Positions 1-8,572 of a stretch of DNA of 32,000 nucleotides are shown one piece after another. The notes beneath the pieces are model-generated. The model searched no databases. It saw only the letters and a program-made list of their open reading frames with translations, and was not told where the DNA came from. The stretch lies in the NCBI RefSeq assembly GCF_043950625.1, contig NZ_CP171007.1; one strand, written 5' to 3'. Each line of letters starts with the position of its first letter. The stretch's first letter is position 1. The position numbers and the translations under genes are program-made. Origin of the DNA: Alkanindiges sp. WGS2144 (GTDB lineage: Bacteria > Pseudomonadota > Gammaproteobacteria > Pseudomonadales > Moraxellaceae).

Positions 1-2775
1 GCTGAGCGTCGGGGGATTCCGACTGAGCTTGCACTGTTGCCGGTGATTGAAAGTTCTTATGATCCGGCTGCTACCAGTAGCGCGGCGGCCGCCGGGATGT
101 GGCAGTTTATTCCTAGTACCGGCACCATTTATGGCCTGCGCCAGAACTCCATTTATGATGGCCGCCGGGATGTGGTGGAATCCACCCGTGCAGCTTATGA
201 ATTTTTAACCAGCTTATATAACCAGTTTGGCTCATGGGAGCTGGCATTGGCCGCTTATAACGCAGGGCCTGGTCGTGTGCAACAGGCCATTAACCGTAAT
301 GCGGCGGCCGGTTTACCTACCGATTACTGGTCACTCAAGTTGCCTAGCGAAACCATGAGTTATGTGCCGCGCTTTTTGGCTGTGGCGCAGATCATCCGTA
401 ATCCTGAACAATACGGCATATATTTGCCTGCTATTGCCAACCGCCCGCACTTTAGGGAGGTACAGCTACCCGGTGTGGTGGATTTAACGCTGGCAGCCTC
501 TATTGCGGGCTTAAGTTATCAGGAGTTATATGAATTAAATCCGGGCTTTAGAAGCAGTTATACTGACCCGATGGGTCCTAATCGCTTGCTGATACCAGCC
601 GCCTTAAGTGCCCAGGTCGATCAGCGCTTGCGTACCATGCCTACACTGGCACAGACCAACCCCGGTTTAATGGCAAGCCTTGGGCCGGTTGGCGGAGCAG
701 TGATTTTAAATGGTAGTAATCGCTCAGGGAATAGTTTTAGCACTCAGCAGGCTGCGGCACTGATGAGCGCAGGTACCGTAAACCGGAACAATACGTCATC
801 AATTATCACTACACCGGCAAGTAGTAACGCCAATACTACAGTGACTACTACGCTCAGCCAGGGTAATAAAGTATTATCAACCAACACCACGGCAGCTGCT
901 AAACCAGCAGCACCAACTCCTGCTGCTCCTGTGGTTTCTACTCCGGTAGCCCCAGCCAGTAGTGGACTATGGGCGCAAAATACCAAGCGCCAGCCAACGC
1001 CGACATCAGCCAGTGCCTTGGCTGCCTTTGCCAGTCAGGCTGACCTGCCTAGCAGCCCACGAATTCCGGTTGCCGTCACACCGGCGCGTAATGTACAGCC
1101 TATTGGTGAGCCACCTTTGAGTGAGGCAGAACTGCGTGGCCTAAGCGTGGCCAAAAGTCCTGTAGCCCCTAAAGCAGAGCCACAGGCAACCGCTGAAGAA
1201 AAAGCAAAAATTGTTGCTGAACTCCAGGCACTGGCACCGGCCGGAACACAAGTGGTTGACCCGCTGGATGGCAAAATCAAGCTTACTGCTATCCAGACCA
1301 GCCAGTCGGTTGCTGAGTCCAAGGGGCAGGAACTCAAAATCAAATATGAACAGCCTGTCCTACTGGCACAAAAACCAGCGGCCAGTGAGGTCAAGCAAAA
1401 ACCGTCTGCGGTAATTGTGGATACTACCAAAAAGCCTCAGGGCGAGCGTAGTGTACATGTGGTGCAATCAGGCGATACCCTGGCCAATATTGCCAGCCGC
1501 TATGGGGTAAGCTGGCGTGATGTTGCCAGCTGGAACCAGATTGATCCTAATAAATCCTTGTATGTAGGAACCAGTCTGTATTTATACAATGCCAAAAAAC
1601 CTCAGCCAGCGCGTCCAACCAGCTATACCGTACAGGCAGGTGATACCCTGACTGGTGTGGCTGCCAGATTTGGCCTGAGTAACCAGCAGCTGGCAGAAAT
1701 GAACAACCTGAGTCCTACCAGCAACCTGCTGCGCGGTGCCCGCCTGAATCTGGTGGATAGTGGAAACAGTACAACAGTAGCCAGTAGTGCCAGTGATAGC
1801 ACAACCGCCCGCAACACCCGGCCAGCCAGCACAAGTTCAGATAAACAGGACAAAGTTGAAACAGTAAGCTATAAGGTTAAGGCTGGTGAGTCAGTCGGTT
1901 CAATTGCGAATCGCTACAATATAAGCAATGAACAATTGGCATCCCTGAATACTTTTGCCCCTAATAGTTCACTACTGCTGGGGCAAACCATCAAGGTGCC
2001 AGCCACAGGAGCTGCCAACACAGAAAGCAAAGCAGCAGCCCAGCCTGTAGTACCCCTGGAAACAGCCAGCTATACCGTAAAGGCGGGTGATACGCTGGGC
2101 AGGATTGCCAGTCGTTATAATGTCAGCAATGAGGAATTGGCCAAACTCAACAAGATTTCGCCAACCAGCATGGTGATTCTGGGGCAAAAGCTGACTGTGC
2201 CGGGCACTGCTGCTAGTGAAGAGCCAGAGCAGCCTGCGACATATACTGTACAGGCCGGCGATACGCTTATCGGTGTTGCGGCCAGGTTTAACCTGACTCC
2301 GCAGCAATTGGCAGAAATGAATGATCTAAAAGCCAGCAGTAATCTGATTCGCGGGGCTACCCTGAATTTACTTGCAGATAACGCCAGCCCAAAAACAGCA
2401 GGCAAAAGAGCAGAGAAAGAAGAAGCGATAAGCGTTAGCAGTAAAGCGGATTTTTCTGGTGATACGGAAAGCTACACCGTAAAGCGTGGTGAATCGCTCA
2501 ATAGTATTGCTGCCAAGTACGATATTAGCGTGAGTGATTTGGCCAAACTCAACCAGCTACCTGTCAAAAGCATGGTACAAATTGGCCAAAAGCTGAGTGT
2601 GCCCAAACTGACCGTAAACTATACGATCAAGCGTGGGGATACTTTAATTAAGGTTGCTTCCAGACACGGTGTTTCGGTCAATGAACTGGCCAAAATGAAC
2701 CAGATTTCCCCGTCTACCAATGTCAAAATTGGTGAGGTATTGGTAGTACCCAATAATGGAAGCCGTAGCCTATAG
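1..2775 (+). CDS. mltD: Membrane-bound lytic murein transglycosylase D-like protein, 5'-truncated by the window edge. It has an SLT catalytic domain, a long low-complexity linker and seven LysM domains.
   Basis: Frame 1 is open from nt 1 (AERRGIPTELALLPVIESSYDPAATSSAAAAGMWQFIPSTG), which is the classic SLT/MltD active-site region. AYNAGPGRV follows. Seven C-terminal LysM repeats (Y-T/K-V-x-x-G-D/E-T/S-L...N) are present. The stop is TAG at 2773-2775. The track start at 37 is a TTG inside the true ORF. Confidence 0.85.
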   Translation, partial: AERRGIPTELALLPVIESSYDPAATSSAAAAGMWQFIPSTGTIYGLRQNSIYDGRRDVVESTRAAYEFLTSLYNQFGSWELALAAYNAGPGRVQQAINRNAAAGLPTDYWSLKLPSETMSYVPRFLAVAQIIRNPEQYGIYLPAIANRPHFREVQLPGVVDLTLAASIAGLSYQELYELNPGFRSSYTDPMGPNRLLIPAALSAQVDQRLRTMPTLAQTNPGLMASLGPVGGAVILNGSNRSGNSFSTQQAAALMSAGTVNRNNTSSIITTPASSNANTTVTTTLSQGNKVLSTNTTAAAKPAAPTPAAPVVSTPVAPASSGLWAQNTKRQPTPTSASALAAFASQADLPSSPRIPVAVTPARNVQPIGEPPLSEAELRGLSVAKSPVAPKAEPQATAEEKAKIVAELQALAPAGTQVVDPLDGKIKLTAIQTSQSVAESKGQELKIKYEQPVLLAQKPAASEVKQKPSAVIVDTTKKPQGERSVHVVQSGDTLANIASRYGVSWRDVASWNQIDPNKSLYVGTSLYLYNAKKPQPARPTSYTVQAGDTLTGVAARFGLSNQQLAEMNNLSPTSNLLRGARLNLVDSGNSTTVASSASDSTTARNTRPASTSSDKQDKVETVSYKVKAGESVGSIANRYNISNEQLASLNTFAPNSSLLLGQTIKVPATGAANTESKAAAQPVVPLETASYTVKAGDTLGRIASRYNVSNEELAKLNKISPTSMVILGQKLTVPGTAASEEPEQPATYTVQAGDTLIGVAARFNLTPQQLAEMNDLKASSNLIRGATLNLLADNASPKTAGKRAEKEEAISVSSKADFSGDTESYTVKRGESLNSIAAKYDISVSDLAKLNQLPVKSMVQIGQKLSVPKLTVNYTIKRGDTLIKVASRHGVSVNELAKMNQISPSTNVKIGEVLVVPNNGSRSL
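1456..2751 (+). repeat. Array of seven LysM domain-coding repeats inside mltD. Repeats 2-3-4 and 5-6-7 form a duplicated three-repeat module.
   Basis: The protein-level repeats are HVVQSGDTLANIASRYGVS..., YTVQAGDTLTGVAARFGLSNQQLAEMNNL..., YKVKAGESVGSIANRYNIS..., YTVKAGDTLGRIASRYNVS..., YTVQAGDTLIGVAARFNLTPQQLAEMNDL..., YTVKRGESLNSIAAKYDIS... and YTIKRGDTLIKVASRHGVS.... Repeat 2 is closest to 5, 3 to 6, and 4 to 7. Confidence 0.8.
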
Positions 2776-2841
2776 GCGCTATTTAACTTTTTAACTTTAA
2801 AGGCAGTGCCAGCGGATTGGCGCTGTGGAACATCTGATAAC

Positions 2842-4704
2842 ATGCATAAGCCACAATTAAAGCAGCAGGGGTTGAGCCGCTGGCTCCTTGCCGCCATTGC
2901 CAGCAGTATGACCTCACTGGCCGGGGCAGCACCAGTCACCCAAAACTATATTGCCCTGCACAGCGCGCCGCTATACCAGCATGCTATGGCCATGCCCTAT
3001 GCCAATCCAAAAGCACCCAAGGGCGGCATGCTGTCACAAACGGCGGTGCTGGCAACTTTTGATAACTTCAATACTTTAAATGGCAAGGGCACGCCAGCTG
3101 AGGGAGTCGGCCTGATTTATGACACCTTAATGTCGGCTTCCCTTGATGAGCCGGGGGTGCGCTATCCCTTGCTGGCCGAGCGGGTGACTTACGATCCGGA
3201 TGATCCTTCCTATGTAATTTATCATTTAAACCCCAAGGCCCGTTTTAGTGATGGCACGCCAGTACAGGCATCGGATGTGGTATTTAGTTTTAATACCCTG
3301 CTGAGCAAAGGTTCTCCAGGGGTCAAGGTATATCTGGCTGAGGTAGATAAAGTAGAGGCGCTCAATCCATTAAGTGTGCGCTTTAAGTTTAAAAGCAAAG
3401 ACAATGCCGAGTTGCCGCTGATTGTGGGTGAAGTCCCTATTTATTCCCAAAAAGACTGGCAGGGGCATGACTATGAACGGGTATCCCTGCGTGTGCCGGT
3501 AGGTAGCGGCCCGTATTTAATGGATGGTTTTGTTGCTGGTCGCAGTATTACTTACAAGCGCAATCCCAATTACTGGGCAAAGGATTTGCCGGTGAATGTT
3601 GGCCGCTATAATTTCAACCAGATTCGCTATCTATACTATCGCAATCTGGATATTGCTTTTGAGGGTTTTAAGGCTGGCCAGTATTTTTTTCATGAAGAAA
3701 ACAAGGCACGTACCTGGAGCATTGGCTACAATTTTCCGGCTTTTAGACAAAAATACGTGGTCAAGCAAGCCATTCCCAACCAGAATCCGGTCAACTTTCA
3801 GGGCTTTGTATTTAATACCCGTCGCCCCATGTTTGCGGATATCCGGGTGCGGCAGGCCTTAACTTATGCCTATGATTATGAATGGCTCAACAAGGCACTG
3901 TTTTATGGGCATTATGACCGCATTCAAAGCTATTTTTACAATAGTGAGCTGGCTGCTACTGGCACACCATCGCCCGAAGAACTAAAATTGCTGAATCCAT
4001 GGCTGGACAAATTAAACCCACTGCAGCGTAAGGGCGTGTTAGCCAACTGGCAATATCCAAAAAGTGATGCCAGCGGCTTTAACCGTGACAACTTGCTAAA
4101 GGCACGTCAGTTGCTGTTGCAGGCTGGCTATCGTTATCACCATGGAAAGCTGGTAGATCAGCATGGTAAGCCATTTAAGTTTGAAATTTTAATCAGGCAA
4201 GATGGTTTGCAGCGTACCATTTTACCGTTTACCCGTAATCTGGCGCGACTGGGCATTGATGCCACAATCCGGCTGGTAGATGCACCACAATATATGGAGC
4301 GCCAGCGTAGCTTTGATTTTGATATACTGACTCTGGCAACCGCAACCACTATTTCACCGGGTAATGAGCAAGCGCAATACTGGGGTAGTGCTTCTGCCGA
4401 TCAGCCAGGAAACTATAATCTGGCCGGAATCAAAAACCCGGCGATTGACGCCATGATTGACCTGATTATTCGTGCTCCCAACCGTGAGCAGCTGATTATC
4501 CGCACGCGGGCGATGGATCGTTTGTTGCGGTCAGGCTACTATTTGATTCCAACCTATAGTAAAACCGGATACTGGGTGGCTTACTGGGACATATATCGCT
4601 ATACCGCACGGCGCCCCAAATATGATCTGGGTGTAGATTACTGGTGGGTTGATCCTGCCAGAGAACAAAAAGTAATGCAGTATTTACAGCGCCAGCAGCA
4701 ATAA
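2842..4704 (+). CDS. yejA: ABC transporter periplasmic substrate-binding protein, family 5 (peptide/opine/nickel type), YejA-like.
   Basis: About 620 aa with a signal peptide (MHKPQLKQQGLSRWLLAAIASSMTSLAGAAP). It is the first gene of an A-B-E-F arrangement with two permeases and a double-ATPase. The ATG at 2842 is preferred over the GTG at 2806 given in the track. Confidence 0.75.
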   Translation: MHKPQLKQQGLSRWLLAAIASSMTSLAGAAPVTQNYIALHSAPLYQHAMAMPYANPKAPKGGMLSQTAVLATFDNFNTLNGKGTPAEGVGLIYDTLMSASLDEPGVRYPLLAERVTYDPDDPSYVIYHLNPKARFSDGTPVQASDVVFSFNTLLSKGSPGVKVYLAEVDKVEALNPLSVRFKFKSKDNAELPLIVGEVPIYSQKDWQGHDYERVSLRVPVGSGPYLMDGFVAGRSITYKRNPNYWAKDLPVNVGRYNFNQIRYLYYRNLDIAFEGFKAGQYFFHEENKARTWSIGYNFPAFRQKYVVKQAIPNQNPVNFQGFVFNTRRPMFADIRVRQALTYAYDYEWLNKALFYGHYDRIQSYFYNSELAATGTPSPEELKLLNPWLDKLNPLQRKGVLANWQYPKSDASGFNRDNLLKARQLLLQAGYRYHHGKLVDQHGKPFKFEILIRQDGLQRTILPFTRNLARLGIDATIRLVDAPQYMERQRSFDFDILTLATATTISPGNEQAQYWGSASADQPGNYNLAGIKNPAIDAMIDLIIRAPNREQLIIRTRAMDRLLRSGYYLIPTYSKTGYWVAYWDIYRYTARRPKYDLGVDYWWVDPAREQKVMQYLQRQQQ

Positions 4705-4725
4705 ACTGCTTAAAACCGTTTTATT

Positions 4726-4851
4726 TTAAGGGATTGTTGCAATGACCAGAACCACAATGAACCAGACTGACATGATAAAAAGTACAGTAATGAACAGCCA
4801 ACCAGGGAAAAACTGGCCGAACAAAATCAGGCCGACAGGCAGTGCTATCAC
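4726..4851 (-). CDS. Candidate small hydrophobic protein (41 aa, two predicted TM segments) in the yejA-yejB spacer. Speculative.
   Basis: My own minus-strand translation from a GTG gives (M)IALPVGLILFGQFFPGWLFITVLFIMSVWFIVVLVIATIP*. T occupies the second codon position in about 26 of 40 codons. No convincing Shine-Dalgarno sequence is present, and the ORF is below the track's length cutoff. Confidence 0.2.
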   Translation of the reverse strand: MIALPVGLILFGQFFPGWLFITVLFIMSVWFIVVLVIATIP

Positions 4852-4899
4852 TCGTAATGTATCTACCAGACTGCCTCAGTGCGATAAGGGTTAGCAGCG

Positions 4900-5988
4900 A
4901 TGGGAGCTTATGTTGTTAAGCGTTTGCTGCTGATTATTCCTACACTGTTTTTAATTTTGCTTAGCAATTTTTTAATTGTACAGGCTGCGCCCGGTGGTCC
5001 CGTAGAGCAGGCCATGGAGCAGGCTCGACAGGGTGCAGGGCTTGGCAAGGGTGCATCAGTGGGTGGAGACGGTGCAGGGACATCAGGGGTATCATCCAGC
5101 CAGTATCAGGGCGCCCGTGGTTTATCTCCAGAAATTATAGAGCAGATCAGGCAACAATACGGTTTTGATAAACCGGCACCAGAGCGGTTTTGGCTGATGC
5201 TCAAAGGCTATTTACGCTTTGATTTTGGCACCAGCTTTTTTAAGGACAAATCGGTACTGGCGCTGATTGGAGAAAAACTGCCGGTTTCAGTATCTTTAGG
5301 CTTATGGAGCACCTTGCTCATTTATTTGGTATCTATTCCGCTGGGTATTCGTAAGGCACGCCAGCACGGCTTGTTTTTTGATAAAAGCACCTCCCTGTTA
5401 CTGGCCGTTGGCTATGCCGTACCAACCTTTGTATTTGCAGTGGTACTGATTGTATTTTTTGCCGGTGGTAGCTATTTTCAGTGGTTTCCGCTTCAGGGGC
5501 TGGTTTCAGAAAACTTTGCCCAGCTTTCCTGGCTACAAAAAATCAGCGATTATTTCTGGCATTTAACCCTGCCATTGCTGGCTATTACGTTGGGTGGTTT
5601 TGCCAGTCTGACTTATTTAACCAAGTTTTCATTTTTGGAAGAATTAAACAAGCAATATGTACTGGCTGCACGCGCCAAGGGTCTAACAGAAAATAAAGTG
5701 CTATACGGGCACGTGTTTAGAAATGCCATGCTGATTGTGATTGCCAGTCTGCCCAGTGCGTTGATCGGTATTTTCTTTGTGGGTAATTTATTTGTTGAAA
5801 TTATTTTTAATCTGGATGGACTGGGGCTGCTGGGCTTCGAAGCTATTCAAAACCGCGATTATCCGGTGATTTTTGGCACACTGTTTATTTTTACCTTGCT
5901 GGGGCTGGTGCTTCAGTTAGTGAGTGACATCCTGTATCAGGTCATTGATCCGCGTATTAACTTTGAATCCAGAGGGTCTAACGGATGA
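4900..5988 (+). CDS. yejB: ABC transporter permease, YejB-like (microcin C/peptide importer).
   Basis: The N-terminus [37 protein letters not shown] closely resembles the E. coli YejB N-terminus as I recall it. It is a multi-TM protein with an EAA-like loop region. Its stop overlaps the next start (ATGA at 5985-5988). Confidence 0.85.
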   Translation: MGAYVVKRLLLIIPTLFLILLSNFLIVQAAPGGPVEQAMEQARQGAGLGKGASVGGDGAGTSGVSSSQYQGARGLSPEIIEQIRQQYGFDKPAPERFWLMLKGYLRFDFGTSFFKDKSVLALIGEKLPVSVSLGLWSTLLIYLVSIPLGIRKARQHGLFFDKSTSLLLAVGYAVPTFVFAVVLIVFFAGGSYFQWFPLQGLVSENFAQLSWLQKISDYFWHLTLPLLAITLGGFASLTYLTKFSFLEELNKQYVLAARAKGLTENKVLYGHVFRNAMLIVIASLPSALIGIFFVGNLFVEIIFNLDGLGLLGFEAIQNRDYPVIFGTLFIFTLLGLVLQLVSDILYQVIDPRINFESRGSNG

Positions 5989-6995
5989 GCCCGGTACTGC
6001 AAGCGCGTTTGCGCCGATTTAAAAACAACCGGTTGGGCTTTGTGTGTTTTTGCCTGTTTATGCTGATTTTTATTGCCTCACTGGGTGCCAATTTTATTGC
6101 CAATGAGCGACCCTTAATCGTGAAGTATCAAAGTTCGCTGTATTTCCCGGTAGTAAAGGATTACCCGGAAACCACCTTTGGTGGGGTGTTTGAAACCACA
6201 GCTGAATATCGTGATCCAGTAGTACAAAACCTGATTAACCGCCACGGCTGGATGCTATGGCCGCCGCTGCGTTATGCCAATCAGACGACTAATCTGGATC
6301 TAGCGGTGCCTGTGCCGTCTCCTCCTAGCGCCCAGAACTGGCTGGGCACTGATGATCTGGGTCGTGATGTGATTGCACGGATTCTCTATGGGTTGAGAGT
6401 GTCCCTGCTCTTTGGTCTGTGTTTAACCGCAGCGGCAGCAGCAATCGGCGTGGTGGTGGGCGCTGTACAGGGTTATTATGGGGGTCTGGTCGATTTGCTG
6501 GGGCAGCGTATTTTAGAGGTATGGGGCGGCTTGCCTACTCTGTTCATGGTAATTATTCTGGTCAGTTTGTTTACGCCCAATGTGTACTGGCTGTTTGTGA
6601 TCATGCTGATTTTTGGCTGGCCGGCACTGGTGAGTCTGGTTCGCGCCGAGTTCCTGCGGGCGCGCAATCTGGATTATGTACGCGCTGCGCGCTCACTGGG
6701 TGTGAGTAATCGCTCAATCATGTTCCGGCATATTTTACCCAATGCCTTAAGCTCCAGTTTGTCACAGTTGCCATTTATGCTAACTGCCAATATTACTGCC
6801 TTAACCGCACTGGATTTTCTGGGTTATGGTTTGCCACCAGGGTCGGCTTCGCTGGGCGAGCTGTTATTACAGGGCAAAAATAACCTGGATGCGCCCTGGT
6901 TGGCTTTAAGCGGATTTTTTACTATGGCTATTGTGTTGTCTTTACTGGTGTATATTGGGGAGGCAGCACGCGATGCATTTGATCCAAGAAAATAA
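5985..6995 (+). CDS. yejE: ABC transporter permease, YejE-like.
   Basis: 336-aa polytopic membrane protein with the DppC/OppC-type motif [18 protein letters not shown]. It is translationally coupled to yejB. Confidence 0.85.
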   Translation: MSPVLQARLRRFKNNRLGFVCFCLFMLIFIASLGANFIANERPLIVKYQSSLYFPVVKDYPETTFGGVFETTAEYRDPVVQNLINRHGWMLWPPLRYANQTTNLDLAVPVPSPPSAQNWLGTDDLGRDVIARILYGLRVSLLFGLCLTAAAAAIGVVVGAVQGYYGGLVDLLGQRILEVWGGLPTLFMVIILVSLFTPNVYWLFVIMLIFGWPALVSLVRAEFLRARNLDYVRAARSLGVSNRSIMFRHILPNALSSSLSQLPFMLTANITALTALDFLGYGLPPGSASLGELLLQGKNNLDAPWLALSGFFTMAIVLSLLVYIGEAARDAFDPRK

Positions 6996-8553
6996 TAAGC
7001 CGCTACTTACAGTTGAGCATTTAACTATTCAATCAGAGCAGCACCGGCTAGTGCATGATCTTGGCTTTGAATTAAATGCCGGACAGACTTTGGCAATTGT
7101 GGGGGAAAGTGGTTCAGGTAAATCTATATCATCCTTGGCATTGCTGGGTTTGTTGCCTGACAGCTTAACGGTCAATGGCACAGTGAGTCTGGAGGGTCAA
7201 TCACTGCTGGGTCAAAACCAGACGCAATGGCGCCAGATACGCGGCAAGAAAATTGCCATGATTTTTCAGGAACCCATGACGGCTTTAAATCCGCTGCACA
7301 AAGTGGAAAAGCAAATTGGTGAAATGCTGTATTTGTCCGGAATGAATAAGGTACAGGTTCGGCAAAAAGTCATTGAGCTGCTAAATCAGGTGGGCATTCC
7401 TGAACCGGAGCAAAAGCTTCAGCGCTATCCGCATGAACTGTCCGGTGGACAGCGCCAGCGTGTGATGATCGCCATGGCGCTGGCGCAAGACCCGGACATT
7501 CTAATTGCCGATGAACCTACTACGGCGCTGGATGTGACCTTGCAGGCACAGGTATTAAACCTGCTTAAATCCTTGCAAGTCAGCCGTAATATGGCCATGA
7601 TTTTAATTAGCCATGACTTAAATTTGGTACGACGTTACAGTGATGATGTGATTGTCATGCAACTTGGGCAGGTGAGAGAGCAAGGTAAAACAGAAGCTAT
7701 TTTTGCCAATCCGCAGGACAGCTATACCCAACATTTGCTTAATCAAAATTTTGGGCAGGCTTTGCAGGTGGATAGTACGCAGCCCATGTTACAGCTTGAG
7801 CAGGTGGGGGTGCGTTTTCCCATTAAAACTGGCTTACTGAACCGTGTGACTGATCATGTGATTGCGGTTGAGCCACTGAATTTAACTGTGATGCAGGGCG
7901 AGTCAGTTGGCATTGTCGGGGAGAGTGGTTCAGGCAAAACCTCACTGGCGTTAGCCTTGGCACGTCTGATTAAAAGCGAAGGCAAGATTATTTTAAACCA
8001 GAATCATCTGCATCATCTTAACGAAAATCAGCTACGACCCTTGCGTCCGCAGTTTCAAATGGTATTTCAGGATCCGTTCAGTAGCTTAAACCCACGGCTG
8101 ACCATTGAGCAAATTATTGGCGAAGGGGCAGCGCGGTTAATTCCCAACAAAAAAGAGCGTCGTCAGGCCGTTGAACAAGTCTTGCAAAAAGTAGAATTAC
8201 CTGCGGATTTTGCCGACCGCTATCCGCATCAGCTCTCGGGCGGGCAGCGCCAGCGCGTAGCTTTGGCCCGTGCCTTAATTATGAAACCCAAGCTGATGAT
8301 TCTGGATGAACCGACCTCGGCACTGGACCGTACCACGCAGCGCGCGTTGGTGAGTCTGCTACGCAAGTTGCAGCAGGAAGAACAGATTAGCTATGTGTTT
8401 ATTAGCCATGATCTGGCAGTGATTCGCGCCTTGTGTCAGCGCGTGCTGGTATTGCGGCATGGCAAAGTGATGGAATTACAAAATACCGAAGACTTATTTA
8501 ATAGCCCAAAAACGGAATATAGTCAGGCGCTGATTGAGGCGGCAGCAATATAA
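6973..8553 (+). CDS. yejF: ABC transporter ATP-binding protein with two fused ABC ATPase domains, YejF-like.
   Basis: Two Walker A motifs (GESGSGKS twice), two signature motifs (LSGGQRQRV twice) and two Walker B motifs (ILIADEPT, LMILDEPT). The ATG at 6973 ([17 protein letters not shown]) is preferred over the track start at 6931. It overlaps the yejE end by 23 nt. Confidence 0.88.
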   Translation: MHLIQENNKPLLTVEHLTIQSEQHRLVHDLGFELNAGQTLAIVGESGSGKSISSLALLGLLPDSLTVNGTVSLEGQSLLGQNQTQWRQIRGKKIAMIFQEPMTALNPLHKVEKQIGEMLYLSGMNKVQVRQKVIELLNQVGIPEPEQKLQRYPHELSGGQRQRVMIAMALAQDPDILIADEPTTALDVTLQAQVLNLLKSLQVSRNMAMILISHDLNLVRRYSDDVIVMQLGQVREQGKTEAIFANPQDSYTQHLLNQNFGQALQVDSTQPMLQLEQVGVRFPIKTGLLNRVTDHVIAVEPLNLTVMQGESVGIVGESGSGKTSLALALARLIKSEGKIILNQNHLHHLNENQLRPLRPQFQMVFQDPFSSLNPRLTIEQIIGEGAARLIPNKKERRQAVEQVLQKVELPADFADRYPHQLSGGQRQRVALARALIMKPKLMILDEPTSALDRTTQRALVSLLRKLQQEEQISYVFISHDLAVIRALCQRVLVLRHGKVMELQNTEDLFNSPKTEYSQALIEAAAI

Positions 8554-8572
8554 ATTTTGATAATATAAATTA

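Noticed and set aside
744-2405. Several antisense or alternate-frame ORFs inside mltD (744-986 -, 1035-1430 -, 1211-1414 +, 1623-1853 -, 1972-2307 -, 2115-2405 -).
   Set aside because: They lie entirely within a well-supported CDS. They have low-complexity Ala/Ser/Leu/Cys-rich translations with no motifs. They are shadows of the Ala/Pro/Thr-rich linker and repeated LysM coding sequence.
2806-2841. N-terminal extensions in the ORF track: 2806 for yejA, 6931 for yejF, 15848 for the acyl-CoA ligase, 19356 for the outer-membrane lipoprotein, and 37 for mltD.
   Set aside because: The extended starts are non-ATG (GTG at 2806; TTG at 19356 and 37), lack an upstream Shine-Dalgarno sequence (15848), or add a Cys/Trp-rich extension that is not typical of an ABC ATPase N-terminus (6931). 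Downstream ATGs give canonical signal peptides or N-termini. mltD is simply open to the window edge.
4742-4894. 50-codon + strand ORF in the yejA-yejB spacer ([50 protein letters not shown]).
   Set aside because: It is hydrophilic and low-complexity, with no RBS. It looks like the complementary shadow of the hydrophobic minus-strand frame, which is itself only a weak candidate.
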